From positions 2,176,001 to 2,240,000 of the forward strand of contig CBDCCI010000002.1 of assembly GCA_965214705.1 (NCBI GenBank): DNA of 64,000 nucleotides. The letters are read 5' to 3'. This DNA is from Alphaproteobacteria bacterium. Lineage in GTDB: Bacteria; Pseudomonadota; Alphaproteobacteria; UBA828. A model generated the notes under the pieces. It was given only the letters and a program-made list of their open reading frames with translations, was not told the DNA's origin and ran no database searches. The position numbers and the translations under genes were made by a program. Shown here piece by piece: positions 28,888 through 38,203 of the stretch (its first letter is position 1; every line of letters starts with the position of its first letter).

Positions 28888-29838
28888 ATGACACTTCTTA
28901 GGTACATGCCCCGCGCGGTGCGCATCATGATCGCCGGCCTTGTCACCGCCCTCCTGCTGGCGACGACCGCGCCGGCAGACGCGCACGGCATCCGCGACGA
29001 GATCCCGCGCACTGCTGTGGTCTCCGCCTTCGCGCCGGAGCTCGCGATCTTGCAGGCGGAGCTGGAGGGCGCGTCGGCGCAATCGGTCAACGGGGTCGCC
29101 TTCACCACCGGCACCCTGGAGGGGCGCGACGTGGTGCTCTTCCTGAGCGGGATCAGCGTGGTCAACGCGGCCATGACGGTGCAGCTGGCGCTGGACCATT
29201 TCGCCATCGAGCGCATCGTGTTCTCGGGCATCGCCGGCGGCGTGGATCCCGGACTCAACATCGGCGATGTCGTGATCGCGGACCGCTGGGGGCAATACCT
29301 GGAAATGCTCTTCGCCCGCGAGGTGGACGGCGGCTGGATGACGATGCCGTTCTTCGAGTACCCCTACGCGAACTTCGGCATGATGTTCCCGCGCTCGGTC
29401 ACCGTGCTCCGCCCCGGTGCCGAGGCGCCCGAGACCCGCTTCTGGTTCCCGGTGGATGAGGCGTTGCTCGCCAGCGCCGGCAGCGCGGCGAACGACGTGA
29501 CGCTCGCCCACTGCACGGCCGAGGACCGCTGCCTGGACCAGGCGCCCCGGATTGTCGTCGGCGGCTCCGGGGTCTCGGGCGGCGCCTTCATCGACAACGC
29601 GGCCTTCCGCACCTGGGCCTTCGAGACCTTCGGCGCGCGCGTGCTGGACATGGAGAGTGCGGCCGTCGCCCACGTCGCCTACGCCAACGACGTGCCCTTT
29701 ATCGCCGTTCGCAGCCTCGCGGACCTTGCCGGCGGCGGCGAAGGCGCGAACCAGATGGAGGTTTTTCTGGGCCTCGCGGCCGGCAACGCGGCGGCGGTGG
29801 TCAAGGCGCTGCTGCGGGCGATGCCGGGCGAGAACTGA
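28888..29838 (+). CDS. Exported 5'-methylthioadenosine/S-adenosylhomocysteine nucleosidase family protein
   Basis: Signal peptide; SGISVVNAAM, FSGIAGG, LDMESAAVAHVA, RSLADLAGG. Confidence 0.85.
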   Translation: MTLLRYMPRAVRIMIAGLVTALLLATTAPADAHGIRDEIPRTAVVSAFAPELAILQAELEGASAQSVNGVAFTTGTLEGRDVVLFLSGISVVNAAMTVQLALDHFAIERIVFSGIAGGVDPGLNIGDVVIADRWGQYLEMLFAREVDGGWMTMPFFEYPYANFGMMFPRSVTVLRPGAEAPETRFWFPVDEALLASAGSAANDVTLAHCTAEDRCLDQAPRIVVGGSGVSGGAFIDNAAFRTWAFETFGARVLDMESAAVAHVAYANDVPFIAVRSLADLAGGGEGANQMEVFLGLAAGNAAAVVKALLRAMPGEN

Positions 29839-29871
29839 CCGTGCCAGTGCTTGCGCAGTCCCCTCCCCCGC

Positions 29872-30501
29872 TCAGGTGACGAACGGAATCAGCACCATGA
29901 TGCCGAGGGTAAGGACGGCGAGCCCGATCGCGGCAACCGCGCCGTAGCGGTGCTCGAGGATGCGCCGAGCCTTGGGTCCCAGATACCAGAGTATCGCCGC
30001 CTCCACATAGAAGCGCATGCCTCTGGCGACGAGCGACGCCGCGATGAAGGCGCCCACGTTGAGATTAGCGGCGCCGCTCGCGACGGCGACCAGCTTGTAA
30101 GGTAGCGGCGTCAGCGCACCGGCGGCGACGAACCAGGCGCCCCACTTGTCGCGATACTCGTAGAAGGTCTCGAGGTCGCCGGCGTGGCCGGAGATTGCGA
30201 GAAGTGGCTCGCCCAGCCAGTCGTAGAGAAAGTAGCCGATCAGGTAGCCGGTGAGGCCGCCGCCGACCGACGAGACCGTGGCGATGCCGGCGAAGAGCCA
30301 CGCCTTCGCGCGCTTCGCCAGCACCATGGGGATGAGCAGCAGGTCCGGCGGCACCGGCAGGAACAGACTCTGCAGGTAGCAGAGGCCCGCCAGCACCCAG
30401 ACGGCGCGGCGCGTGCCGGCGCTCTCGATCGCCCAGTCGTAGAGCCGGCGGAGGAGATGGCGCTGCCCTCTCGCCGCAGGCGTGGCGCTGTCGTCGGTCA
30501 T
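29872..30501 (-). CDS. YqaA family (DedA/VTT domain) membrane protein
   Basis: SLFLPVPPDLLLIPM, TPLPYKL, RGMRF. Confidence 0.85.
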   Translation of the reverse strand: MTDDSATPAARGQRHLLRRLYDWAIESAGTRRAVWVLAGLCYLQSLFLPVPPDLLLIPMVLAKRAKAWLFAGIATVSSVGGGLTGYLIGYFLYDWLGEPLLAISGHAGDLETFYEYRDKWGAWFVAAGALTPLPYKLVAVASGAANLNVGAFIAASLVARGMRFYVEAAILWYLGPKARRILEHRYGAVAAIGLAVLTLGIMVLIPFVT

Positions 30502-30562
30502 GTCGGATACGTGTGAACGGCCCCGGAGCTGCGGCCCGCGCGCGGATGGTGGGAGCCGGAGT

Positions 30563-31870
30563 CTACCCCCTAAAGAGCTTGCGGTCTTTGCGCTTGTTCC
30601 ACGCCACCGCGAGCGGCAGGAACCAGGGGCGGCCGGTGTAGAACGGCCAGGTCGGGAAGGGCCGGCCGTCGAAGGGGCTCGCGGCCTCGGGGTCGCCCAG
30701 CACCCGGAGCGCCGTCTTGTGGCCGAGGTAGGTGCCCATGGGCACGCCGGAGCCGCACCAGCCCATGGCGTACTCGACGCCGTCGTGGCTCCCGGTGTGC
30801 GGCATCATGTCGAAGGTGAAGGCGGTCTTGCCGGTCCAGCAATGGCTGATCTTCACGCCTTCCAGTGAGGGGACGACTTGCACCATGGCATCGCGCAGGA
30901 TGCGGGCCTTCTGCGCGAGGTCAGCGGGCGGCTCGGCGCTGAGGCCGCCGAAGAGGATGCGCGTGCCGTCCTCGTTGGGCCTGATCCAGCAGGGCGAGTA
31001 GCGGTGCTCGACCATCGGCTTGCCGCCCGGCGCGATGTGCTCCACCCGATCCTCGGGCAAGGGCTCGGTCGCAATCATGAAGGCGTCGACCGGCACCACA
31101 CGGCGGCGCAGCCATTGGGCGGCCTTGGGCGTGTAGCCGTTGGTCGCGACGATCACGTGTCCGGCCTTCACTGCGCCGCGCGACGTCGACACGCGGAAGC
31201 CGCTGCCTGAGCGCTCGATCGCCTGCACCGGACAGTGGCCGATGATGCGCGCGCCGTCTCGCGCCGCCCGCTCCAGCAGGCCCGCGTGGTAGAGGCCCGC
31301 GTGGATCGTGCCGTTGCCGCGCAGGATCTGGCCGCCGTAATAGTGTCCTTTTCTGTAGGCCGGCGGTGCCTCGTCGGGCTCGACCATCTCCGCGTCCACC
31401 GGCACGCCGTCCTCTCGCATCATGGCGAGGTCCCGCGCGAGCCCGTCGAACACGCGCTTGGAGGGCGCCGCGATGAAGCGGCCGGTGTTGCGGTAGAAGC
31501 AGGCGATCTGCTCGGTTTCGATCAGGGAAGCTGCGTAGTCATGGGCCGCGATCGCCGCACGGCAGACCTCCGCCGCCCGCTCGCGCCCGAGCTTCGGCAC
31601 CATGTCGCCGTACTTGTGCCAGACCTGGCGACCGAGGTAGCCGGCGTTGCGGGTGCTGGCGCCGTGGCCTGCGGCCTCGGCGTCGAGCACCACCGCGTCC
31701 GTGCCCCGGCGCGCGAGCGTGAGCGCTGCGGAAAGCCCCACGTTGCCCGCGCCCACGATCACGACTTCGGCCTCGACCGGCGGCGCCTCGTCGGTGATGT
31801 CCGGCCGCGGCGCGAGGTCCCACCAATAAGGCATGGCCTTGAAGTCGTCGGTCAGCACTTCCCGCGCCAT
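30563..31870 (-). CDS. FAD-dependent oxidoreductase (DAO/PuuB-like)
   Basis: VIVGAGNVG, GASTRNAG, VATNGYT, MGWCGSGV. Confidence 0.85.
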   Translation of the reverse strand: MAREVLTDDFKAMPYWWDLAPRPDITDEAPPVEAEVVIVGAGNVGLSAALTLARRGTDAVVLDAEAAGHGASTRNAGYLGRQVWHKYGDMVPKLGRERAAEVCRAAIAAHDYAASLIETEQIACFYRNTGRFIAAPSKRVFDGLARDLAMMREDGVPVDAEMVEPDEAPPAYRKGHYYGGQILRGNGTIHAGLYHAGLLERAARDGARIIGHCPVQAIERSGSGFRVSTSRGAVKAGHVIVATNGYTPKAAQWLRRRVVPVDAFMIATEPLPEDRVEHIAPGGKPMVEHRYSPCWIRPNEDGTRILFGGLSAEPPADLAQKARILRDAMVQVVPSLEGVKISHCWTGKTAFTFDMMPHTGSHDGVEYAMGWCGSGVPMGTYLGHKTALRVLGDPEAASPFDGRPFPTWPFYTGRPWFLPLAVAWNKRKDRKLFRG

Positions 31871-32062
31871 CGCACCCTCCGGGACTCGACGCGCGCCAAG
31901 GTAACGCAGCCGGAGCATCCAAGACTAGGCCGATGAAGAAAGCCGCCTGCCCCACCACCCCGCCCGGAGCGGCAACTGTCATGCCATTACCCTATCTGTA
32001 CACACGCTAAATCCTCTCATTGTGCAACCTTCTAGTACGCATATTCTCCGCACATGCAATCA

Positions 32063-33193
32063 TCACAGACTTTTCAAGAAACTTATCAACGCTTCTTGAT
32101 CGGCAACGCCTAAATCTGAGTATGCACTTGCCGCCATCCTTCCTTCTCCATCATGTGCCCTTATCGCCTCGTCAATATCAGCACTCCTGCCATCATGCAT
32201 GTACGGTGGGCCCGTTGATATCAAGCCCCAGAGAGCGGGAGTTCGAATTTCCCTTTTAGTTGCGCGTCCTTCAGTCACCAACGGGCCATTTCCTGGACCC
32301 ATGTCGTGCAATAGTAAATCCGTGTAAGCACGGAACACCCTATCCGAAAGCGACTTCACCTCCGAGTCTCCAGTCTTCAGCTCCGCTCTATGGCACAATT
32401 CACAGCCGATATCTCTGAACACCTTGGCTCCATGCTGTTCGGAATGTGTCATCCAACTCGTTACCGGAGGTGGCTTCAATAACCTAATGTATTCAGCTAT
32501 ACTATTCATCGCGACTTTCTCAAGCTTCCCTATCCCGATCCCCCCACTACTTTCCACCATTTCTGATCTTTCAATTCCCAACTCAGAAAAAAAAGCGGAT
32601 GCGACAGCTTCGTCGATAGTTCCTGTGCGGCCAGTCCATCCAAAACGCCCATACACTCCCGATACATTTGGAAGACGACCCGATATGCCGTCTTTGTTCA
32701 AATCCGCCGCATCTGCATATTCCAAAAAAGCGTTGGTGGCCACCGCCTCCAGCAAGCCGAGGCCAAATAGGGGGGGTGCCTTTCGACGAACGAAGCCCTT
32801 TGGCGGAAATCTTTCTATCGTCCGATCATCTTCACTAATGATCTTAAATTTTTGAAATATACTTTCCTCTCTGTCTGAATTTCCAATTGAGTGAAACGCA
32901 AACGTAGCATCTGTTGTTCCGCTTCCTGAAATCACTGGTTCTGCATGACACGACGCACAACTTTTAGCATTGTAGTATGGTCCTAATCCATCTTTTTCGC
33001 CCCATATGCGAACGAAATACCGGAAGCCTTCGTCAAAATTTTTTTTCTGTTCTGCGGAAATATCCTTGAATGGTAAACCAAATATGCTCGACTTGCGACT
33101 CGACAGATCGCTCTGCGAATCTAGGCCACTGCCAACACTCGACTGCAACATTAAGGCAAACGTGAGTACACTGACTCTCGCTATATGCTTCAT
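32063..33193 (-). CDS. Di-heme oxidoreductase (DHOR) family c-type cytochrome
   Basis: GLGPYYNAKSCASCH and CELCH heme motifs, LFGLGLLEA, GRFGW, YTDLLLHDMG, RTPALWG, YMHDGR; low GC. Confidence 0.85.
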   Translation of the reverse strand: MKHIARVSVLTFALMLQSSVGSGLDSQSDLSSRKSSIFGLPFKDISAEQKKNFDEGFRYFVRIWGEKDGLGPYYNAKSCASCHAEPVISGSGTTDATFAFHSIGNSDREESIFQKFKIISEDDRTIERFPPKGFVRRKAPPLFGLGLLEAVATNAFLEYADAADLNKDGISGRLPNVSGVYGRFGWTGRTGTIDEAVASAFFSELGIERSEMVESSGGIGIGKLEKVAMNSIAEYIRLLKPPPVTSWMTHSEQHGAKVFRDIGCELCHRAELKTGDSEVKSLSDRVFRAYTDLLLHDMGPGNGPLVTEGRATKREIRTPALWGLISTGPPYMHDGRSADIDEAIRAHDGEGRMAASAYSDLGVADQEALISFLKSL

Positions 33194-33370
33194 CCGAAGT
33201 TCGCAACCCGTGGCCACATGCTCCAAACATTTTCGTGACAAAAGACTCCCACGTCCACGCATTTGCGCCGCATTGACATAATCAGGCTGGTTATCACAGC
33301 GCCGTCGTCGCTTTCACTACCAATTCGCTGTCCGCGAGTAAACTGGATTTATCCTCGATTGAGCGTCCGC

Positions 33371-34453
33371 CTACTGTGGCATTCTAGCCGCTCCAAAAAA
33401 CGCGAGACCATACGGCGCCTTGCCCACCGGAATAGAGCGTATAACACTGAGTTCATTGGGATCAACAACAAGTATCTCGTTAATGGCGAGCTCGCTAACC
33501 ACAAGCAAATCCCCTGAAGGGGTGAATGCGACGTTCTTCGCGGCACGTGCGCGTTGATGACTAGATTGAGCCAGATCCAATACCCGAGCGTTTTCTCCGC
33601 GCATTGCGTTTCGAATCGATATTTTTCCCGAATAGAAACCTGCTACAGCCAGCTGCGGCTCATCATCGGTTGATAGGGCAATACCCCAAGGCGAGCGAGG
33701 CACAGTGATATTTTCTGCTATTCTGATTGTGTTAGCTAATCCGCTACCGCTATCCCAGCTTATCAAGGCAAGGGAATTGGACCCAAACTCACTAACATAA
33801 GCTAGCGGCGCATGGGGCAAAGCCACAACAGTGTAAGGCAGAGAGCCGACGTCGATTTCGCTTAATATGTCGCCGCTTTCTTCTCCCAGAGCCACTACTG
33901 AGACGGTGTTCGCCCCCCAATTGGTGACTAACGCAACCTGATCGTTGTCTACTAACGCTACGCCGTAGGGTATGGCTCCAACCTGGACACGATACAGTTC
34001 TCTTCCACTTTCGAGATTAACAATCGAAATTGAGTCGTCTCCCGCATTCGCCACAACCGCCCGGCTCCCATCTCTAAATAGGGCAATATCACGTGGGCTT
34101 CTGCCAACCTCAATTTTTGAGTCTTCCAAGACGGCTTGAATATCTACTACCGAAAGCGAAGATGAACCCGAGTTTGTGACGTATGCGAAGCGGCCGTTGG
34201 GGCTTACCTTTACATCGTATGGGTTTTTGCCTACATCAATGACGGCAAATTGCTCCCCTGAATCTACATTAACAAGAGAGACCGTATCGTCCCCCCAGTT
34301 TGTAACTATTAGGGTTCGATGTGATGAAGAGCTCTCACCATGCCCACCTCCTGCTGTAGCTATAGTCAGGTTCGCACAAATGACAGACATGGTGAGACAC
34401 AAAAAAACTAATGCTTGTAGAGCAAACTTCCTAGTCAACGCATTCGTCATCAT
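33371..34453 (-). CDS. Exported YVTN/YncE-family beta-propeller protein
   Basis: Repeated VTNWGDDTVS / YVTNSGSSSLS / VGxxPYG blades; low GC. Confidence 0.85.
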   Translation of the reverse strand: MMTNALTRKFALQALVFLCLTMSVICANLTIATAGGGHGESSSSHRTLIVTNWGDDTVSLVNVDSGEQFAVIDVGKNPYDVKVSPNGRFAYVTNSGSSSLSVVDIQAVLEDSKIEVGRSPRDIALFRDGSRAVVANAGDDSISIVNLESGRELYRVQVGAIPYGVALVDNDQVALVTNWGANTVSVVALGEESGDILSEIDVGSLPYTVVALPHAPLAYVSEFGSNSLALISWDSGSGLANTIRIAENITVPRSPWGIALSTDDEPQLAVAGFYSGKISIRNAMRGENARVLDLAQSSHQRARAAKNVAFTPSGDLLVVSELAINEILVVDPNELSVIRSIPVGKAPYGLAFFGAARMPQ

Positions 34454-35329
34454 GAGATTAGGCTCCCGTAGTTGGACATTAAGAACTTGGGGATGCGAAA
34501 TGCTTGCCAGATCGCGTCTCAAAATGAGTTCGTTGGGGAGGGGACGGCATCATCGTTAGGCAATCACGGCACCCCCAGCGTCTCGTCAGCGCAGATGCTG
34601 GGGATTAGCCAACGGAGAGGTGCTTGTCCCCATCGCCATGTCCGTTTGGTTCCCTCCCCAGACATGCCATTTTATAAATATCAGACATGATATGTGTGCC
34701 AAGGCATTAGTCAAGGAGGTGGATTTCAGGCGGCGGGAAGGCTAGCCGTGAGCCTTCTAAGGTGGACCACAGCCGCTCGCCGTGGGTCACGCGGACGCGC
34801 GCTGTCTCCGTGCCGCGGAGGTTGTGCTGGCAGCTGCGGTGCCTCCAGGGCACGCGGCCGAGCGAGTAGGCTAGACGGGTCGCACATCCAAGATGCCAGC
34901 GCCGCACCCGATCACAAGTGAGCGGGCTCCCGCTTTTCACAGTAGCCAATCGCCGGCGTGCCCCTTTCCCCAGGCTGGGGCCAGAAAACGACCGACCACG
35001 CCGAGCGCTATTGGAGTTGGCGGTATCGAGTGCCGGCCGTTTCGGCGGATTTGGAGGGCGGGTCGACTCGATCGGGCGCGTGAGGGCGCTCCCTAAGCAA
35101 TTGGACCGGCTGGTCGTCGTAACCGGTTGAAGCGGGCCGCCAATTCGAGCGCGCCACAAGAATCGACCGGCAAGCGGACATGGGCCAAACCGCCCGTGCC
35201 CGAGAGGCACGATGACCGCGATATCTCTCGGGTCGCCTTGACAGTCCGGGCGGGTGGGTGCCAGCGTCACCCAAGCCGGCCATGCGACAATCACCGATAA
35301 GCGGCCGGCACGCGACGGTGGAGGCTGGG

Positions 35330-35770
35330 ATGAGGACAGGCTTGGTGTGCGGCGCGCTGGCGGGCGCGCTGATCGTTGGCGGTTTCACGAGCGGTGCGCT
35401 CGGGGCGGATCCTTACGGCGTCTGGCTCAACGAGCGGCAGGACGCGCACGTTAAACTCTATTCCTGCAACGGTGACGAGCTGTGCGGCCAGATCGTGTGG
35501 CTCAAGCGTCCCCTGGGCGACGACGGCAAGCGGAGGCGGGACGTCAAGAACGACGACGAATCCCTCCGCGATCGGCCGATGTTGGGTATCCAGGTGCTGT
35601 TTGACCTGGAGGACCAAGGCGGCGGTCAGTGGGAAGACGGCGAGGTCTACAATGCCAGGGACGGCGACACCTACGACGCGGAGCTCGAGGTCATCGATGC
35701 GAACACGGTCAAGATGAGCGGCTGCATCTGGTTCGTCTGCAAGACCGAGACCTGGACCCGCGTCGAGTAA
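35330..35770 (+). CDS. DUF2147 domain exported protein
   Basis: GVW...LCGQIVWL, DVKN...RDRPMLG, WEDGEVYN..DG.TY, GC...CKTETWTRV. Confidence 0.85.
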   Translation: MRTGLVCGALAGALIVGGFTSGALGADPYGVWLNERQDAHVKLYSCNGDELCGQIVWLKRPLGDDGKRRRDVKNDDESLRDRPMLGIQVLFDLEDQGGGQWEDGEVYNARDGDTYDAELEVIDANTVKMSGCIWFVCKTETWTRVE

Positions 35771-35792
35771 TCGGACGGCGACGCCGTCCGAT
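35770..35792. terminator. GC-rich hairpin directly after the DUF2147 stop (possible terminator)
   Basis: ATCGGACGGCG-A-CGCCGTCCGAT; no clear U-tract. Confidence 0.3.
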
Positions 35793-35937
35793 AAACTCTC
35801 CTTATATCCCTCAATCGCCGGGCGCCCGCTCTGCTCGGTCGCGCGCCCTGCGCGCGTGGCGCAGTCGCGCCGTCCGGGCCTGACGGCCCGGCCCTCTTAT
35901 TGTTGTACTTCACGCTGGTTGCCGGTCAGACGTCTAG

Positions 35938-37584
35938 CCCGGATTTCTCACGAGTATGGTGTGCATCGGGGCTCTGCTCGTGAGAAAGTTCTTCTGCAAC
36001 AAAGACTTCACCGGCTGCAGAGGAGTTCCCCGATGCCCGCAGAGTGTAGTCCTCCCGCGATGCAGTTTGCACGCCTGAACGGGCGTGATGTGGTGGCCGA
36101 CTTCGGCGGCGGGGTGATGACCTCGGACGCGGGCGCCCTGCTGCTGGGCGCCACGGACCGGGCGATCGGACTGGTGGATTGCTTCGCCGCCTGCTTCTCG
36201 GACGGGCGCGCGGCCTCTCGTGTGGTGCACGACGTTGCCACCCTGGTGGGCCAGCGGGTGTTCGGGATCGCGCTGGGCTACGAGGACTTGATCGACCACG
36301 ACGCGCTGCGCCACGACCCCGTGCTGGGGGTGGTGCTGGGGCGTCTGGAGGCCGGGCGTGCGGGCTGTGCGCCGCTTGCCGGCAAGTCGACGCTGAACCG
36401 GCTGGAGCACGCGCCTTCGGGCGCCCATCGCTATCGCCGGATCGGTCATGAGCCTGAGGCGATCGAGACGCTCTTCGTCGATCTCTTCCTCGACGCCCAC
36501 GGGCAGGCCCCTGAGCGGTTGATCCTCGACCTCGACGCCACCGACGACCCGCTGCACGGCCATCAGGAAGGCCGCTTCTTCCACGGCTACTACGACTGCT
36601 ACTGCTACCTGCCGCTCTACGTCTTCTGCGGCGATCACCTGCTGGCCGCCAAGCTGAGGCGGGCCGACATCGACGCCAGCGCCGGCGCGGCCGAAGAGGT
36701 GGCGCGCATCGTCGCGCGCATCCGCGCCCGCTGGCCGGCAGTGGAGATCGTGCTGCGCGCAGACTCAGGCTTCGCCCGCGAGGGACTGATGGCCTGGTGC
36801 GAGGCGAACGGGGTGGACTATGTCTTCGGGCTCGCCCGGAACCCGCGGCTCACGGACCGCCTGCAACCGGCCCTGGACCTGGCCGAAGCCCGCTCGCGGG
36901 AGAGCGGCCAGCCGGCGCGGCTGTTCACCGAGTTCCGCTACCGCACGTGCAAGACTTGGTCGCGCCCGCGCCGTGTCGTCGGCAAGGCGGAGTGGATGCC
37001 GGGCCGCGCCAACCCCCGCTTCGTCGTCACCTCGCTGAGCGCGGCCGCCATCGACCGGCGGGAACTCTACGAGACCCTCTACTGCGCCCGCGGCGACATG
37101 GAGAACCGCATCAAGGAGTGCCAGCTCGACCTCTTCGCCGACCGCACCTCGGCTCAGACCATGCGCGCCAACCAGCTCCGTCTCTGGTTCGCCGCCATGG
37201 CCTACGTGCTGCTCGCAGCGCTCAGGCGCATCGCGCTCGCCGGAACTCGCCTTGCCCGCGCTACCTGCGGCTCGATCCGCCTCAAGCTGCTGAAGATCGG
37301 CGCCCAGGTCCGCCTGAGTACCCGCCGCATCCGCATCGCCATGGCCTCAGGCGCACCCCACGCGCCCGAGTTCGCACGCGCTCACGCCCGATTATGCACC
37401 TGAGCCGAGCCTCAGGCCCGCTGCCACCCTCCCGCCAACAACCAAAAACCCGCTCCAGCCTCAACCGCGCCCCCGGCGCCACCGCCACTCCTGCGTCATT
37501 ACCCGGACCACACCGCAAGGCTACCAACCAAACCCACGACAAACGCCAAACAACCCAACAATGGACGCTCGTGAGAAATCCGGG
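35938..37584 (+). mobile_element. IS1380-family element 1 (1647 bp)
   Basis: Perfect 17-bp IR CCCGGATTTCTCACGAG; CTAG on both sides (35934-35937; 37585-37588). Confidence 0.92.
36033..37403 (+). CDS. IS1380-family transposase
   Basis: TSDAGALLL, LGYEDLIDH, LDLDATDDPLHG, RADSGF, YCARGDMENRIKE, ANQLRL. Confidence 0.93.
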   Translation: MPAECSPPAMQFARLNGRDVVADFGGGVMTSDAGALLLGATDRAIGLVDCFAACFSDGRAASRVVHDVATLVGQRVFGIALGYEDLIDHDALRHDPVLGVVLGRLEAGRAGCAPLAGKSTLNRLEHAPSGAHRYRRIGHEPEAIETLFVDLFLDAHGQAPERLILDLDATDDPLHGHQEGRFFHGYYDCYCYLPLYVFCGDHLLAAKLRRADIDASAGAAEEVARIVARIRARWPAVEIVLRADSGFAREGLMAWCEANGVDYVFGLARNPRLTDRLQPALDLAEARSRESGQPARLFTEFRYRTCKTWSRPRRVVGKAEWMPGRANPRFVVTSLSAAAIDRRELYETLYCARGDMENRIKECQLDLFADRTSAQTMRANQLRLWFAAMAYVLLAALRRIALAGTRLARATCGSIRLKLLKIGAQVRLSTRRIRIAMASGAPHAPEFARAHARLCT

Positions 37585-37588
37585 CTAG

Positions 37589-38082
37589 ACGGCGTGTTTT
37601 CCAGTCGGCTCATGGTGGGCTGGGAACACAGGTCGCGGCCGCTCTCCGGCGCCTTGCCTCAGGCCAACTTGAACAGAGGGTCCGCGCGGAGCGCGTCGTA
37701 GTCGTCGGCGTTTTCGTACCCGCAGGCGATGGCCAGCATGCGAAAGCGCAACATGGCCGAGAGCGAGTGGACCACCTGCGCCTGATTGCGTCGGTCGCGG
37801 ATGCAGCCTGCCAGGGTCTCGGCAAGACGTAAGCGGCGCTCCGCCTCTCGCAACAGGACCAGGTCGCCGTCAGAGGAGATCAGACCGCCGTCGAAGGCGG
37901 CACTCACCTTCTTGCGTCGGACGCTTGGCAGATCGAGGGGGAGAAGGCTACCGTCGGTCATGGCGGGCGTGGCGCTTCGTTGTTCGGAGAGGAAGACGCC
38001 TCGACAACGAATTCCTACTCGATGGCAACGGCTTACGCTACGTCCGCCACACCAAAGCCAGACCAGACGTGAATAATCCGGG
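37589..38082 (-). pseudogene. Truncated IS1380-family element 2 (5' IR and transposase N-terminus with a nonsense codon)
   Basis: IR end GTGAATAATCCGGG at 38082. ATG at 37961 (MTDGSLLPLDLP), similar to 40487-41827. TGA at 37659 replaces Ser. Homology stops at the CTAG next to element 1. Confidence 0.85.
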
Positions 38083-38203
38083 TTAGCGACAAGTCCGATG
38101 ATTGAGGGCCAACTCACCGGCAGGGTTCTCTCGGTGCTGACGCGGTGGTATGCTTGCGTAGCATAGACTAGCCCGACCTATTCATGGAGAGCCTTGCACT
38201 TGA

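Noticed and set aside
34700-35300. Short ORFs or a riboswitch between the beta-propeller and DUF2147 genes
   Set aside because: No recognisable protein or RNA motif; left unannotated.
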